Assembly (NCBI GenBank): GCA_003427395.1
Contig: BFEA01000036.1
Location: 520,281 to 584,280, forward strand
DNA: 64,000 bases
Direction of reading: 5' to 3'
Source: Chara braunii
Lineage: Eukaryota > Plantae > Charophyceae
The position numbers and the translations under genes were made by a program. Numbering within the stretch: position 1 is the first letter of the stretch; the number at the start of each line of letters is the position of its first letter. The notes below the pieces were generated by a model. That model did no database searches. It was not told where the DNA came from and saw only the letters and a list, made by a program, of their open reading frames with translations. Below are positions 12,701 to 24,898 of this stretch, piece after piece.

Positions 12701-14279
12701 CATTCCGCCCCATACTGACTGTTAAAAAAGAAACTGAGACAAATCCCAACTCTCAAGTAGAGCAAGGATTCCATTGCTTTAGTGATGACTTCACTACCTT
12801 TCTAACTCTGGTGTGAATGTCATCTGCAAGTAAACCAACGATCACTATATAAGTCAGCGACCGACTTCAACAACTGACATATTGATCACCCTCCCGAAGA
12901 CGGGGATCCGCTTTTAAATTTTGTTGGTTGCCTTGTCCTTCTCAGCAATAATTACTCTTTCTGTTCCACAAATGATAATGATGCACCAGCCTTCGACACA
13001 AAGACATTCAAAGTAATGCTCTAGCCACATCTTCCTGTTAACTGGCCTGACTGCCTCCGGCTTGCACTTCTTATGATGCAAACCTATCTGCGAAGGTAGT
13101 GCCTACTCGCACTCCATCTATAGCTAGTGAAAACACAAACTGGGCTTCTTGTGGCGCCAGCTCCCCATTCGTATGCGGCTCCTAAGACGGCCACGAGAAG
13201 GGTATATTATGACAGTTTTCCTTAACACGAGTCGCCAAGAACTTGAGGTCCTTCCGTGAGTAGGCGCATGTCCTTCCCCTAGGAGGTGGTTTGGGATACC
13301 CCTCGTCCTCGCCCGAGCGAACCTCGGATCTCAGAAGTCGGGCTGGCTCCACCACAACAGCATGATATCCCCCCGCATAAGCAGTCCACTCCAAGTCGAT
13401 AGCAGGGCCGGCCCCTAAGGCAACGGACCCCCGCCTCAGATGCCACCTAGGGAAAGGAAATGCGTCTACCATAGAAGGCGACCAACCCCTTGTCGTCTGA
13501 CGTCAAGGCGAACCTAGACGAAGAAAAGATCATGAGAGAGGAAATTTATTCAGATGAACGGGTACAGGCGAAGAGGGTCATTCGGGAAAAAATGGATAAC
13601 CTCAAGGAATGAGTCTAAGTTCAATTGCGTCCCTCTTCTTTGTACTCGCTTCATGTTCGTCGCCTTCTTTTCCCCTTAGTTCACATGCACATACAAGCAC
13701 AGAGACGAGAAAACAATCAGTCTTTCACAACCATGGTCCTCATCCATCTCAGTCCACATGCCGTACCTGCGGTCAGATCCAACAAAACAAACCACACAAA
13801 CACCACAACGCAAGCCTTTACTGTTGTCAGACTCCCATTCGCATGAGAAGACACACACTTCCTTTACCTTTTCTCTGAACATTTAGAGAGCCGGGGTCAA
13901 GCAAGTGTGGGTTCACACAGGTGTGAAAGGAACTGAGTCAGATTAACTGACCTTGAGCGAAGATGAACCAAAGATAGCAAACGGCCCACTTAAGAAAGTC
14001 GTATAAACCACACTCCAAATGAGAAGATCATCGCAGTAAGTTGTTAGAAAAGTGATCCACACCACTTCCTGATAACGATCGCTTGTCACAGCACCTTCAC
14101 AACCACAATCACCTCTCAAAAGTCCAATGGCACTTTGACGTCACCGCCTCTCGTCACCATTATCACCACACCGGTAGTACGACTATTGCGTCGATGCGTC
14201 ACCGCCGCATTATGCGGACAACACATCGCCAATATCACCTCAAAGTACACCCCCTCTTAATGACGCTTCTCAAAATTGT

Positions 14280-14545
14280 CGTTGCCGCCGCAAAAAACAG
14301 ACAGCGCTTCCACACCACTGCTGAAAACACTGCTGCTGCCGCAAAATTTCAGCAGCGCTTCCACGTCATCGTAAAAAAACAGCTGCCGCCACAAAACTTC
14401 GGCAGCGTTTCCTCGTCACCACCAAAAAGCACAGTTGCCGCCGCAAAATTTCGGCAGTGCTTCCGCGTCACCGCCAAAAAGCACAGATGTCGCCTCAAAC
14501 TTTCGGCAGCGCTTCCGCGTCACCGCTAAAAAAAACAGTTGCTGC
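14280..14545. repeat. ~57-bp tandem repeat in the LTR containing GCTGCCGC-AAAATTT-CGGCAGC hairpins (second copy 23525-23790)
   Basis: About 5 imperfect units of ...GCCGCAAAATTTCGGCAGCGCTTCCGCGTCACCGCCAAAAA... in both LTRs. Confidence 0.8.
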
Positions 14546-15423
14546 CGTGCCGAGCGGTCAGCACTTCCCGTACACACTTTTCAATGATGGATGCAGCCGC
14601 CAAAAAAGCCGCGCAGCATCTCCCCTCAATCTACCAAGGTGGTGGCCATGGCAGCCTCCACCTCCACCTCTCACTCCTTCCTGCATACCTCCTCCTTCGC
14701 CAGCAGTAGCTCCTCTCAGCTCCTCCTACTCCACCAGCAGTTCCCCCTCCAGCAGCCAACATTCACCCAAGCGTAATGCCAGCAGCACCAACCACAAATG
14801 AATGATGGCTGGTTGGCTGCTAACTTCTTTTATAGTCCAGCTAGAGGCTTAGGGCAGTTGCTTTGCCCCCAGCCAAAACTCGGATCAGGGTCTGGCCCTT
14901 GATTTCAAACGAGATCAAGGGCTGGAAGTTTTGATGTTCCCCTATGGGAACCAAGTTTCAGGCCCTGGTGATGCATCCGACCGTCACCCGCGGCCAGGCG
15001 CAGCCCAAAATGGTTGTATCAAGCCCTTGAAAACAGACCATTGAAATTCAACAGCCTGCTTTCACATCAGGGCCTAGAAGTTTTTAGTGCTGCATCTGGC
15101 CCTACATCGTGATTAAATTCACGACGTTTCTTTTTTTTTTCCTCCTTTTTTTTCCCTTCTTCTCTTTTTTTTCTTCCTCTAACTCTATTTTTCAAAACGC
15201 GCCCGCACCTGGGCACCAATAGTGCCAGGTTTGGGCGACGACAGATAGCCGCTGCCCGTTCTCAACCATGAACGGGCGCAATTGTTCATGCTTGTCTCGC
15301 TCAGGGGGAGGGAAACTAATAATAATAATAAAAATATATATATATATATATCAACAAAAAACAAAGACAAAAAAAAAAAAAAAAAACGAAAAACTTACGT
15401 GGGCAAGGGAAGCGACTTAGGTC

Positions 15424-15461
15424 CTGTCTCTTATACACATCTAGATGTGTATAAGAGACAG
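15424..15461. other. Nextera mate-pair junction adapter (assembly artefact)
   Basis: Exact CTGTCTCTTATACACATCT+AGATGTGTATAAGAGACAG. It separates a ~215-bp duplication (15205-15419 / 15461-15670) that is absent from the other LTR. Confidence 0.97.
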
Positions 15462-15777
15462 CACCTGGGCACCAATAGTGCCAGGTTTGGGCGACGACAG
15501 ATAGCCGCTGCCCGTTCTCAACCATGAACGGGCGCAATTGTTCATGCTTGTCTCGCTCAGGGGGAGGGAAACTAATAATAATAATAAAAATATATATATA
15601 TATATATCAACAAAAAACAAAGACAAAAAAAAAAGAAGGAAAAACTTACCAAGGCAAGGGAAGCGACTTACCTGAGGCGAGTCTTCAGGCGTCACCAGGT
15701 AAGGTCCACGTTCCAACCCCCCTTCTACGAACGTAGTCGCCCGTAGGCGGCAGATTCATTCGCCCATCCGCAGATGG

Positions 15778-15829
15778 GCTGTCGGGGCACAGCCCCTTGA
15801 TGAGTTGGTGGAAGCCCGACGAAACAGTC
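15778..15829 (+). ncRNA. Type III hammerhead ribozyme HH1, left-LTR copy (core C3 mutated)
   Basis: GCTGTC-GGGGC-aca-GCCCC-tTGATGA-GTtGG..CCGAC-GAA-ACAGT. Confidence 0.7.
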
Positions 15830-15926
15830 TGGCGAAGTCATGCCTACCTCTCTCTCTCTCTGAGGAACCCCCCCCGACACGGCCGCATACAGCCGCATTC
15901 CTGCGGCTGATTCACTAGGTTGGCCA

Positions 15927-15978
15927 ACTGTCAAGGTTCAGCCTCCTGATGAATCGGTGAGAATCCGACGAAAGAGTC
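15927..15978 (+). ncRNA. Type III hammerhead ribozyme HH2, left-LTR copy (degenerate)
   Basis: ACTGTC-aAGGT-tca-GCCTC-CTGATGA-aTCGG..CCGAC-GAA-AgAGT. Confidence 0.6.
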
Positions 15979-16207
15979 TGGCGCAGCCAGACTTCCAAAT
16001 TGCCCGTTGGTTCGAAACGAACGGGCACTCGCTAAAAAAAACAAAAAGGAAGAAAAAAAAAAGACAATAAATCTAAACAAAATCTAAGCCGTGAATCTAA
16101 AAAAAAAAATCTAAGCAATATCAGAAAAAACAAGAAAAGAAAAAAAAAAAAGACTAACTTCTAAAAAAATCGGTCGCCCGTTTTCACGGGCGACTGTTTG
16201 GTGTACT

Positions 16208-16759
16208 GGGGCCTCGTCTCACTAGCATCGAGTAAATCGGTGTGTGACGTTCTTTTCTCATTTAAAAACGCATAAACAATGATTTTTATCATTTACACAA
16301 ATGCAAAGAAAAGGACTAAAAAAACGAAAAATTACGGGGCCTGACATCGACATCATGACAGAACTTCAGTGCATCCACACTTCCACCAACCGGGTACATC
16401 TGCATGCGACTTTCCCGCCGGCCTGTTCGGCCTGTTCGCAGTCGTCCACGGAAATCTCAATATTCTCAATTTTACCACATAAAAAAAGAAAACAACATCG
16501 ATGCAAAAACACCCCCCCCCTCGGACCTCCCTAATATTGCAGCTTCGCGCCAACGCAAAGTGGCTAGCTAAATGAGCAAAAAAATGAAAACGAAACTCTT
16601 ATATTGGCTGGCGGACAGATACTGTAACGAAATCGGTCCTTATGGCCCTGCGCCGACGATACACAAAAGCATCTACAGTCGCCGGATGTCACCTCTCGCC
16701 GCACGTGGTTGAAAACCATGGAGCCGTAACGTAAATCGATGCTAATGGGACGAGGCTCC
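16208..16759. mobile_element. Putative ~550-bp MITE inside the 3' LTR
   Basis: 24-bp imperfect terminal inverted repeats GGGGCCTCGTCTCACTAGCATCGA / TCGATGCTAATGGGACGAGGCTCC. Absent from the 5' LTR. No clear TSD. Confidence 0.6.
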
Positions 16760-16948
16760 TAATGTTGAAAAGCCCCAGTCACGCCATATGGCGCTGTACT
16801 TCTTAGTTTTTAGTTTTTAGTTTTAGTTTTTTTTTTTTTTTCATTTCCGTTGGCTTAAGCCAACGGCCTCGTCACGTCGTGAGGTCACGCACGAATTGTT
16901 GAATACAGACCTGCGTTCGATCCCTGATGGGATCAAAAAAAGAAAAAC

Positions 16949-17005
16949 AAATTGACCATCTCTCGATTTATGCGTGTCATCCTTGCGTAGGGGCTATGCT
17001 AATCT
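16949..17005 (-). ncRNA. U6: U6 snRNA 3'-half fragment embedded in the LTR
   Basis: The minus strand reads AGATTAGCATAGCCCCTACGCAAGGATGACACGCATAAATCGAGAGATGGTCAATTT, about 3 mismatches to the plant U6 3' half as recalled, followed by a T-rich tract. Confidence 0.9.
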
Positions 17006-17776
17006 CGGCGCGGCTGATTTCATCCGCGCGATCTCGAAGATCGCACGGCCGAAAATCGGCCGCGCCCTTCCTCACGTCGCGGCTGCTCCAAAAAGGAGCT
17101 AGCCCGGTAGTGCGGTTAGTCAGATTCGATCCGTGTGCCTGGAGGGCAATAGTCTGGCGGCAGTACCTACTAGGCTAGCTCCTTCTCACATCAAGAGAGG
17201 AGCTGCCCTTCTATATGAAGGGCTTCCGGGACCCAGCAGGCCCCCTTCCGGCGCCTGGCAGGCGTGCCTGCTAAGCCTGCTTGCTACCGCAACTGGCAGG
17301 CGGGGTCGGCAACCGACAGCCTTAGCAGCTGCCCTAACGAGCCGGTCGTAACGCCATTACCCCCTCGGTCATTGGCGTCAAAGTCTCGCGGACTCACAAA
17401 CTCTCTATCTCGGCGCACCACGACCCTATACCCGACGCGGGCGCTTTTTTTTGCCTACTTAGGCCTTGAATCGCGCGGCTTAGCAGCCGCGCGACATCTT
17501 TTAGGTAGAATAAGCCTAGCATTAGTCTACCCACGACCGCACACCCCAGCGGCCTTGTCGAGAACCGTAGACGACAGTGCCGACTCCTGCTGTCTTGAAC
17601 AAACGTTGATGATGTCACACGTCAACGACGTCAAGCTTTAAGTTTGTCAGTTATAGGTTTGGTCTGAATAACTTCGGCAACGTCAATCTCATCATGTTCC
17701 TCAACGAAAAAAGTCGGACAGTGTCTGATCTTAAAAAACTCGACCAGAAACCCTCTCAGGGGTTTCTGTCCCGACA

Positions 17777-17791
17777 GCCTTCCCCGCCCCC
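17777..17791 (-). promoter_or_regulatory. Polypurine tract
   Basis: GGGGGCGGGGAAGGC on minus immediately precedes the LTR start TGTCGGGAC. Confidence 0.85.
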
Positions 17792-18039
17792 ATTAAGCGA
17801 CGTCCCCGTCGCTTACCATAAGGCAATACAAGGAGAAGTATTTATAAGATCTCATCAAATATATCATTTAATTACAATATATCTGGAATTAATCCAGATC
17901 TTACATACTCATTTGTGACGAGCGACGTATCCGTCGTTTACCTTTCTTTCTTTTCATAATCATCTGGATACTCTTTTATGAAATATTTCATGCATATTTC
18001 ATTACTTACAATACTTCAAACATTGACTTACTTTCATAA

Positions 18040-18203
18040 CAGAGGCTTACTTTCAAGCCTTAAACAGACAGAGCCTTACTTTCAAGCCGTATACAGATAG
18101 TGGCTTATTTTCAAGCCTTTAACAGACAAAGGCTTACTTTCAAGCCTTATACAGATAGAGGGTTACTTTTAAGCCTTTACAGACAGAGGCTTACTTTCAA
18201 GCC
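18040..18203. repeat. ~29-bp tandem repeat x6, each unit with a GGCTT-N6-AAGCC hairpin
   Basis: Units of ACAGAGGCTTACTTTCAAGCCTTTAACAG in the element's 3' UTR. Confidence 0.9.
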
Positions 18204-19761
18204 CCATTCTTTCGAACCTTCCTCCGAAAGTTTTTCCCTTTAATCACTAGTTGGAATAGTGTCAGAAATAGTCTCTGGCAGGCCTTTCCCTAGAGTCATG
18301 AATCCACTGTTGGCTTTACCCAACCTGAGGAATTACAAGAACACTTAGAAGGTAGTCCCAGCATCATCCCACTGACGGCCACTCAATTTTTCTTTTAGCC
18401 TCTCATAGATGGGTCAGGTTTATCCCCCTGATGAGACTCTCTTCAGGCTATAACCCCCTGTCTAGGTCTCGTCAGGCTTAACCCCCTGCGGGTCTTTCAA
18501 TTTTTCAACGATACATACTAAAGTATGTGCCGGCACCATCCTAGAGAGAAACCACCTTTCCAAAATTTTTGGCCAGACCCTGGCTAATGCCTACTGCAAC
18601 TTAATTGCCACACAAGATTTATTTCCTTCATGTCTTGTGAATGCGTCAAGGAGTGGTGTAATCCAAAAAGGATAACATATGGACATCAAGCCCCACTTTA
18701 GACTCGAACCTCACCACTTTCCCTCTAATTCCAGTGCTTTCGACCCTGATTAGTCTGTCATAAACAGAGTAGAACTACCCCACCTTACATAATCAAGGTT
18801 GATTAAGTCTTGATTATGAAGGCAAGGTGACCATTTTTGGCAGAACGCCGGGTAATTACTCCTTCCTTCGTGACAAGCACAATCGCCTACCCTGCAAACA
18901 ACATTCCGATCAAGATCTCAACACCTTCCTCCCTTTCGACGATAGTGTAGTTTCAGGAAGGATGATAACATCCCACTATGGACCAGGAACAAGGTTCCGA
19001 CGCAGGCCACACTACCTCATACTGGGCTCACAACATTAGGATTCCTCACTGTATGACAATTGGCACAACACGAAGTCATAAGGCAAGATAAGCAATTGAA
19101 TCACATCTCTGACGAATAACACGCAAGCATATGACTCAAGTACATATCATCTCCTCAGACTTATACTCACAAAATCTCATGCTCATAACAAAATACACAA
19201 AATTTCATAAGAGCTTCAGGTCAAACAATCCCCTATACTCGTAATAAATACTCTATCAATACTACAATCTTTCATCAACAATAAGCTTTAGATTGTGAAA
19301 CAAGTTCTCAATTTCCTTTCTAATATTAACTCAAACAATCATGACAAAAACCTAGACATTTTTAGTCACATTCTGGTGAACAAGAGTCACCAACCATTAA
19401 GTTACAATAATTCACAAATACAAAGAAAAAACATTTTTATAACAACAATTGAATCTCGCTATATGGTATTTTATTTGACAAATTCATAAATAATTGTGAA
19501 CAAAAGTCACAACTTTATTAACAATCATCGAAATTATCGTGGACAAATGTTTTGACCATTATTAACACAACCCTCGTCCACTGTGAATTAAGTCACAATG
19601 TTACCAGAACACAATTATTGTACAAAACGTATCATTCTCTCTTTCGTATTGCTGAAAACTCTTAAACTTATAAAGCCTAACAAGCTTAGTCTAGCCTAAG
19701 TATAAGAAGAGAGAAAGTAATATCCCAAGTATTCTAATATTTAATCTTCGCCCACATACGA

Positions 19762-20779
19762 TCAAAAATAATATCCATAATAGACTTGTCTTCCTTTGGA
19801 GAAGCAAATGTCATATTTCTGTCTGCTTATGATTCCCTTCTCAACATCATGCAAAAAACATTTGCAAAGTTTTATCTTATAACCGTATGTACCACAATAT
19901 ACACATCTGCAGTACTTTGGAAACCATTTCTCCATGCTATCTTTCTGATTTGAACATTTCCCCCGTTCCTGTATATTGGCAAAGACTCCAACACTCTTAT
20001 AACCCTTGCTTTGATCACCTGATAAAATTCTGGTGCATTTAGATCGAGTTCCTTGACCTTCTTTGGCCAAGTTTCGGACAATCCTCTCAGCCTTAGTAAG
20101 CTTGCGAGGTCGCTCTAACCGCCCTCGTCTCCCAGTACCTTTTTCCTTTTCTGTCTCCCTCTTTCGGCAGCTCATGTTCATCCACGCTGTTCTGTCGATG
20201 CATGTTCCTTAGGCCTATGAGAAGAGGTCGATCAAACTCATTGTTCAAAACAGCATTACGAATTTCTTGTCAGACAAGAGGACTTCGGATTCCCAGTCAT
20301 ACAAATGGAGTCTCTGCTTCAGAAAAATTAGCAAGCAATATCTTGCACTTATCAGTATCTAGAAGATCCGGGGCAAGTCGAGCTCCCTGCTCAAACACTG
20401 AAAGGAACTTTCCAAACGTTGGGTATCTATCCCGACGAATGTTTCGGAGATCCTCTCGAGTCCGAATCTCATTTCCAAGCAGAAATTTATCGAACATGGT
20501 CTGATCGAAGTCATCCCAATTTTTTGCCACAGAGACTAACTTCGCTACCTCATCGCGAACATCTAAATGTATCCACAGCATAACTTTCTGCAACATGGTT
20601 TGTTCATCCCATCGATGAACAACGGCCAATTGCTTGAGACTCGAAAGGAATCTCACAACATTGTAGCCATCAAAGATCGGAACGTCAATTCTTGGAGCGC
20701 CAATTATCTCTCCAAACACTCTCATAGAATTTCTCATTTCTTTCCAGAGTCCATTGTTCGGGTTGTTCCCTTCTACCAT
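19762..20779 (-). pseudogene. gag: Gag-like protein (capsid plus degenerate zinc knuckle), interrupted
   Basis: VPIFDGYNVVRFLSSL..A..HRW...NWDDF..MFDKF is capsid-like. Downstream CVYCGTYGYKIKLC matches CX2CX4(H>Y)X4C. A stop and frameshift separate the two ORFs. Confidence 0.75.
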
Positions 20780-21186
20780 CTTGCTTAGGATTAATTAACC
20801 TGCAAGCAACAGGCGCGAAGGCAAAAATTTAGCATACAAACAATACGAAGACTTATTATGATCACCTTAATTTTTAATATTTACTTGTCTCTCCAAAAAT
20901 AAGTTATACAATAGTTGTCATCGAACCTATTCTCAAGAGATACTAGATCTTGCAACCAAAATTCAATTTCTGAATAAATCTTTATATTTCCTCTGCGAGT
21001 CTAAGAGAAAAGCTAGTACCACACGAACCACAATATAAAGTACAAGGAGTTACCCGCCTCATCTCTATAGAGGTCCGAGTTACTAACCTTTCTCTTAGCC
21101 AAGCAAAAAGAAAATATATTTAACATCATCCTCTCGCGACAACGCACGAGTGTCATTCCACCAGTGACAACGGTAGTTTGTCGTTA

Positions 21187-21204
21187 TCCCCATCAACGGC
21201 GCCA
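21187..21204 (-). promoter_or_regulatory. Primer-binding site (tRNA-Asp type)
   Basis: TGGCGCCGTTGATGGGGA matches TGGCGCCGTTGCCGGGGA at 16/18 and lies 2 nt from the LTR-terminal CA. Confidence 0.85.
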
Positions 21205-24200
21205 CCTGTTGAGCGCATCGGCCCCCTCCCGAGCGAGGGCCCTCTCGGTCGCGTCACGCAGGAAGAACTTAGGCTTTCAACCTTTTACAGACAACTCAGG
21301 GACGGCACGGTAACCCGCGCCGACCCTTCGCCGCTCCGGTCGAGTGCGCCAGCTGTACATCCCACAGTACCCTACGACAGGATAGGTTCTCGTGGGGCAC
21401 AACTTACCTTCCCTAAGGGGCTGTCACCACCCCTAGGGGTGTATCCCCGCTGAGCTACCGACCCACGTGCGAAAGTTTTTATAATGCAATTGCAGAGGTA
21501 GGTCAGCCGAGGGCGTTTGCTCGTTCGCTGTAGCATAGGTACGCATAGTTAAACGCCAAAGTGGACCCGAACGTCGTCCGTCCCTGGGGCGCTGATCTCC
21601 CAGGAATCAAAACGTAGGTCAGTCGACTAGGACGTAATATTCCAAGCGTAAGGAAAACTCGATCAATCCTAGTCCCTTCTTTCGAAGACAACCATGAGTT
21701 ATTCAGACAACACACTCTCAAAATAAGACTCAGATCAACACAAGTTGACTTATCTTCTAAGATCAACCTATACGTAATACAGTAATGCACACAACAAAGT
21801 TGACTTGGCTTCAAACAACACTTATCGATGAAAGATGAAAGCATGACCTATACACAATCTGACGCTTAAATGACGTTTGACTAAAGTATTTTCATCCTGC
21901 CTGCCAGACGGCTAGGCTGTCACGACTTTTTCGACTTGATGAGATGCGTTGCCAAGCCCTTTCATTCCGCCCCATACTGACTGTTAAAAAAAAAACGCAG
22001 ACAAATCCCAACTCTCAAGTACTGCTAGGATTCCATTGCTTTAGTGATAACTTCGTTACCTCTGGTGTGAATGTCATCTGCAAGTAAACCGGCGATCACT
22101 ATACAAGTCAGCGACCGACTTCAACAACTGACATATTGATCATCGTGCTGAAGACGGGGATCCGCTTTCAAATTTTGTTGGTTGCCTTGTCCTTCAGGGC
22201 AATAATTACTCTTTCTATTCCACAAATGATCATGAAGCACCAGCCTTCGACACAAAGACATTCAAAGCAATGCTCTAGCCACATCTTCCTGTCAACTGGC
22301 CTGACTGCCTCAGGCTTGCACTTATTATGATGCAAACCTATCTGCGATGGTAGTGCCTACTCGCACTCCATCTGTAGCTAGTGAAAACACGAACTGGGTT
22401 TCTTGTGGCGTCGGTTCCCCAGTCGTATGCAGCTCCTAAGACGGCCACGAGAAAGGTAGATTATGACAATTTTCCTTAACGAGAGCCGCCAAGAACTTGA
22501 GGTCCTTCCGTGAGTAGGCGCATGTCCTTCCCCTAGGAGGTGGTTTGGGATAACCCTCGTCCTCGCCCGAGCAAACCTCGGATCTCAGAAGTCGGGCTGG
22601 CTCCACCACAACAGCATGATATCCCCCCGCATAAGCGGTCCACTCCAAGTCGATAGCACGGCCGACCCCTAAGGCAACGAACCCCCGCCTCAGATGCCAC
22701 CTAGGGAAAGGAAATGCGTCTACCACAGCAGACGACCAACCCCTTGTCGTCTGACGTCAAGGCGAACCTAGACGAAGAAAAGGTCATGAGAGAGGAAATT
22801 TATTCAGATGGACGGGTACAGGCGAAGAGAGTCATTCGAAAAAAAATGGGTAACCTAAGGGAATGAGTCTAAGTCCAATTGCGCCCCTCTTCTTTGTACT
22901 CGCTTCATGTTCGTCACTTTCTTTTCGCCTTTGTCTCCATGCATATACAAGCACAGAGATGAGAAAGCAATCAGTCTTTCACGACCATCGCCCTCATCCA
23001 TCTCAGTCCACATACCGTACCTGCGGTCAGATCCAACAAAACAAACCACACAAACACCGCAAGGCAAGCCTTTACTGTTGTCAGACTCCCATTCGCACGG
23101 GCAAACACACACTTCCTCTACCTTTTCTGTGAACATTCAAAGAACCGGGGTCAAGCAAGTGTGGGTTCACACAGGTGTGAAAGGAACTGAGTCAGATTAA
23201 CTGACCTTGAGTGAAGCTGGACCGAAGATAGCAAATGGCCCACTCAAGAAAGTTGTGTAAACCACATTCCAAATGAAAAGATCGTCGCAGTAAGCTATTA
23301 GAAAAGTGATCCACACCACTTCCTGATAGCGATCGCTTGTCACAGCACCTTCACAACCACAATCACCTCTCAAAAGTCTAATGGCACTTTGAGGTCACCG
23401 CCTCTCGTCACCAACATCACCACACGGGTAGTACGACTACTGCGTCGAAGAGTCACCGCCGCATTATGCGGACAACACAACGCCAATACCACCTCAAAGT
23501 ACACCCCCTCATAATGATGTTGTCGTTGCCGCCGCAAAAAACGGACAGTGCTTCCACACCACTGCTAAAAACATTGCTTCTGCCGTAAAATTTCGGCAGC
23601 GCTTTCGCATCACCGTAAAAAAAAACAGCTGCCGCTGCAAACTTCGGCAGCGCTTCCGCGTCATTGCCAAAAAGCACAGCTGCTGCCGCAAAATTTCGGC
23701 AGTGCTTCCGCGTCACCGCCAAAAAATACAGCTGCCGCCGCAAAGTTTCGGCGGCGCTTCCACGTCACCGCTAAAAAAAACAGTTGTTGCCATGCCGAGC
23801 GGTCAGCACTTCCCCTACACACTTCTTAATGATGGATGCAGCCGCCGAAAAAGCCGCGCAGCATCTCCCCTCAGTCTACCAAGGTGGTGGCCATGGCATC
23901 CTCCACCTCCACCTCTCACTCCTTCCTGCAGACCTCTTCCTTCGCCAGCAGTAGCTCCTCTCAGCTCCTCCGACTCCACCAGCAATTCCCCCTCCAGCAG
24001 CCAGCATTCACCCAAGCGTAATGCCAGCAACACCAGCCACAAATGAATGTTGGCTGGCTGGCTGCTAGCTTGTTTTATAATTTAGCTGGAGGCTGAGGGC
24101 AGTTGCTTTGCCCCCAGCCAAAACTTGGATCAGGGTCTGGCCCTTGATCTCAAACGAGATCAAGCGCTGGAAGTTTTGATGTTCCCCTAGGGGAACCAAG

Positions 24201-24747
24201 TTCCAGACCCTGGTAATGCATCCGGCCGTCACCCGCGGCCACGCGCAGCCCAAAATGGTTGTATCAAGCCATTGAAAACAGACTGTTGAAATTCAACAGC
24301 CTGCTTTCGCATCAGGGCCTAGATGCTTCTAGTGCCGCATCTGGCCCTACGTCACGATTAAATTCGCGACGTTTTTTTTTTTTTTCCTCCTTTTTTTTCC
24401 CTTCCTCTAACTCTATTTTTCAAAATGCACCCACACTTGGGCACCAATAGTGCCAGGTTCGGGCGACGAGAGACAACTGCTGCCCGTTATCAACCATGAA
24501 CGGGCGCAGTTGTTCATGCTTCTCTCGCTCAGGGAAAGGGACACTAATAATAATAATTAAAAAAAGGAGAAATCTCAACAAAAAACAAAGACAAAAAAAA
24601 AAAAAAAAACGAAAAACTTACGTGGGCAAGGGAAGCGACTTACCTGAGGCGAGTCTCCAAGCGTCACCAGGTAAGGTCCACGTTCCACCCCCCTTTCTCC
24701 GAACGTAGCCGCCCGTAGGCGGCAGATTCATTTGCTCATCCGCAGAT

Positions 24748-24802
24748 GGGTTGTCGGGGCAGAGCCCCCTGATGAGTCGGTGGAAGTCCGACGAAACAGT
24801 CT
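24748..24802 (+). ncRNA. Type III hammerhead ribozyme HH1, right-LTR copy, intact core
   Basis: Stem III GTTGT/ACAGT, GUC cleavage at 24755, stem I GGGGC/GCCCC, CTGATGA 24769-75, stem II GTCGG/CCGAC, GAAA 24793-96. Confidence 0.9.
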
Positions 24803-24898
24803 TGCGAAGTCATGCCTCCCTCTCTCTCTCTCTGAGGAACCCCCCCCGACACGTCTGCATACAGCCGCATTCCTGCGGCTGATTCACTGGGCTGGCCA

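Larger units (their letters stand above)
11946..17776 (-). repeat. 3' LTR (5831 bp, including an artefactual duplication and an extra insert)
   Basis: Colinear with 21207-25991, from TGTCGAGCGCATCGG to GTTTCTGTCCCGACA. Confidence 0.9.

Noticed and set aside
13182-13472. 96-aa ORF open in both LTRs (also 22436-22726)
   Set aside because: No recognisable domain, and retention is explained by recent LTR identity.
15424-15461. Tn5 mosaic ends as a real transposon or HGT
   Set aside because: A head-to-head ME pair is the Nextera mate-pair junction adapter.
15666-15705. ACTTACCTG as a U1 snRNA 5' end
   Set aside because: No further U1 similarity. It is one arm of a local hairpin with CAGGTAAG.
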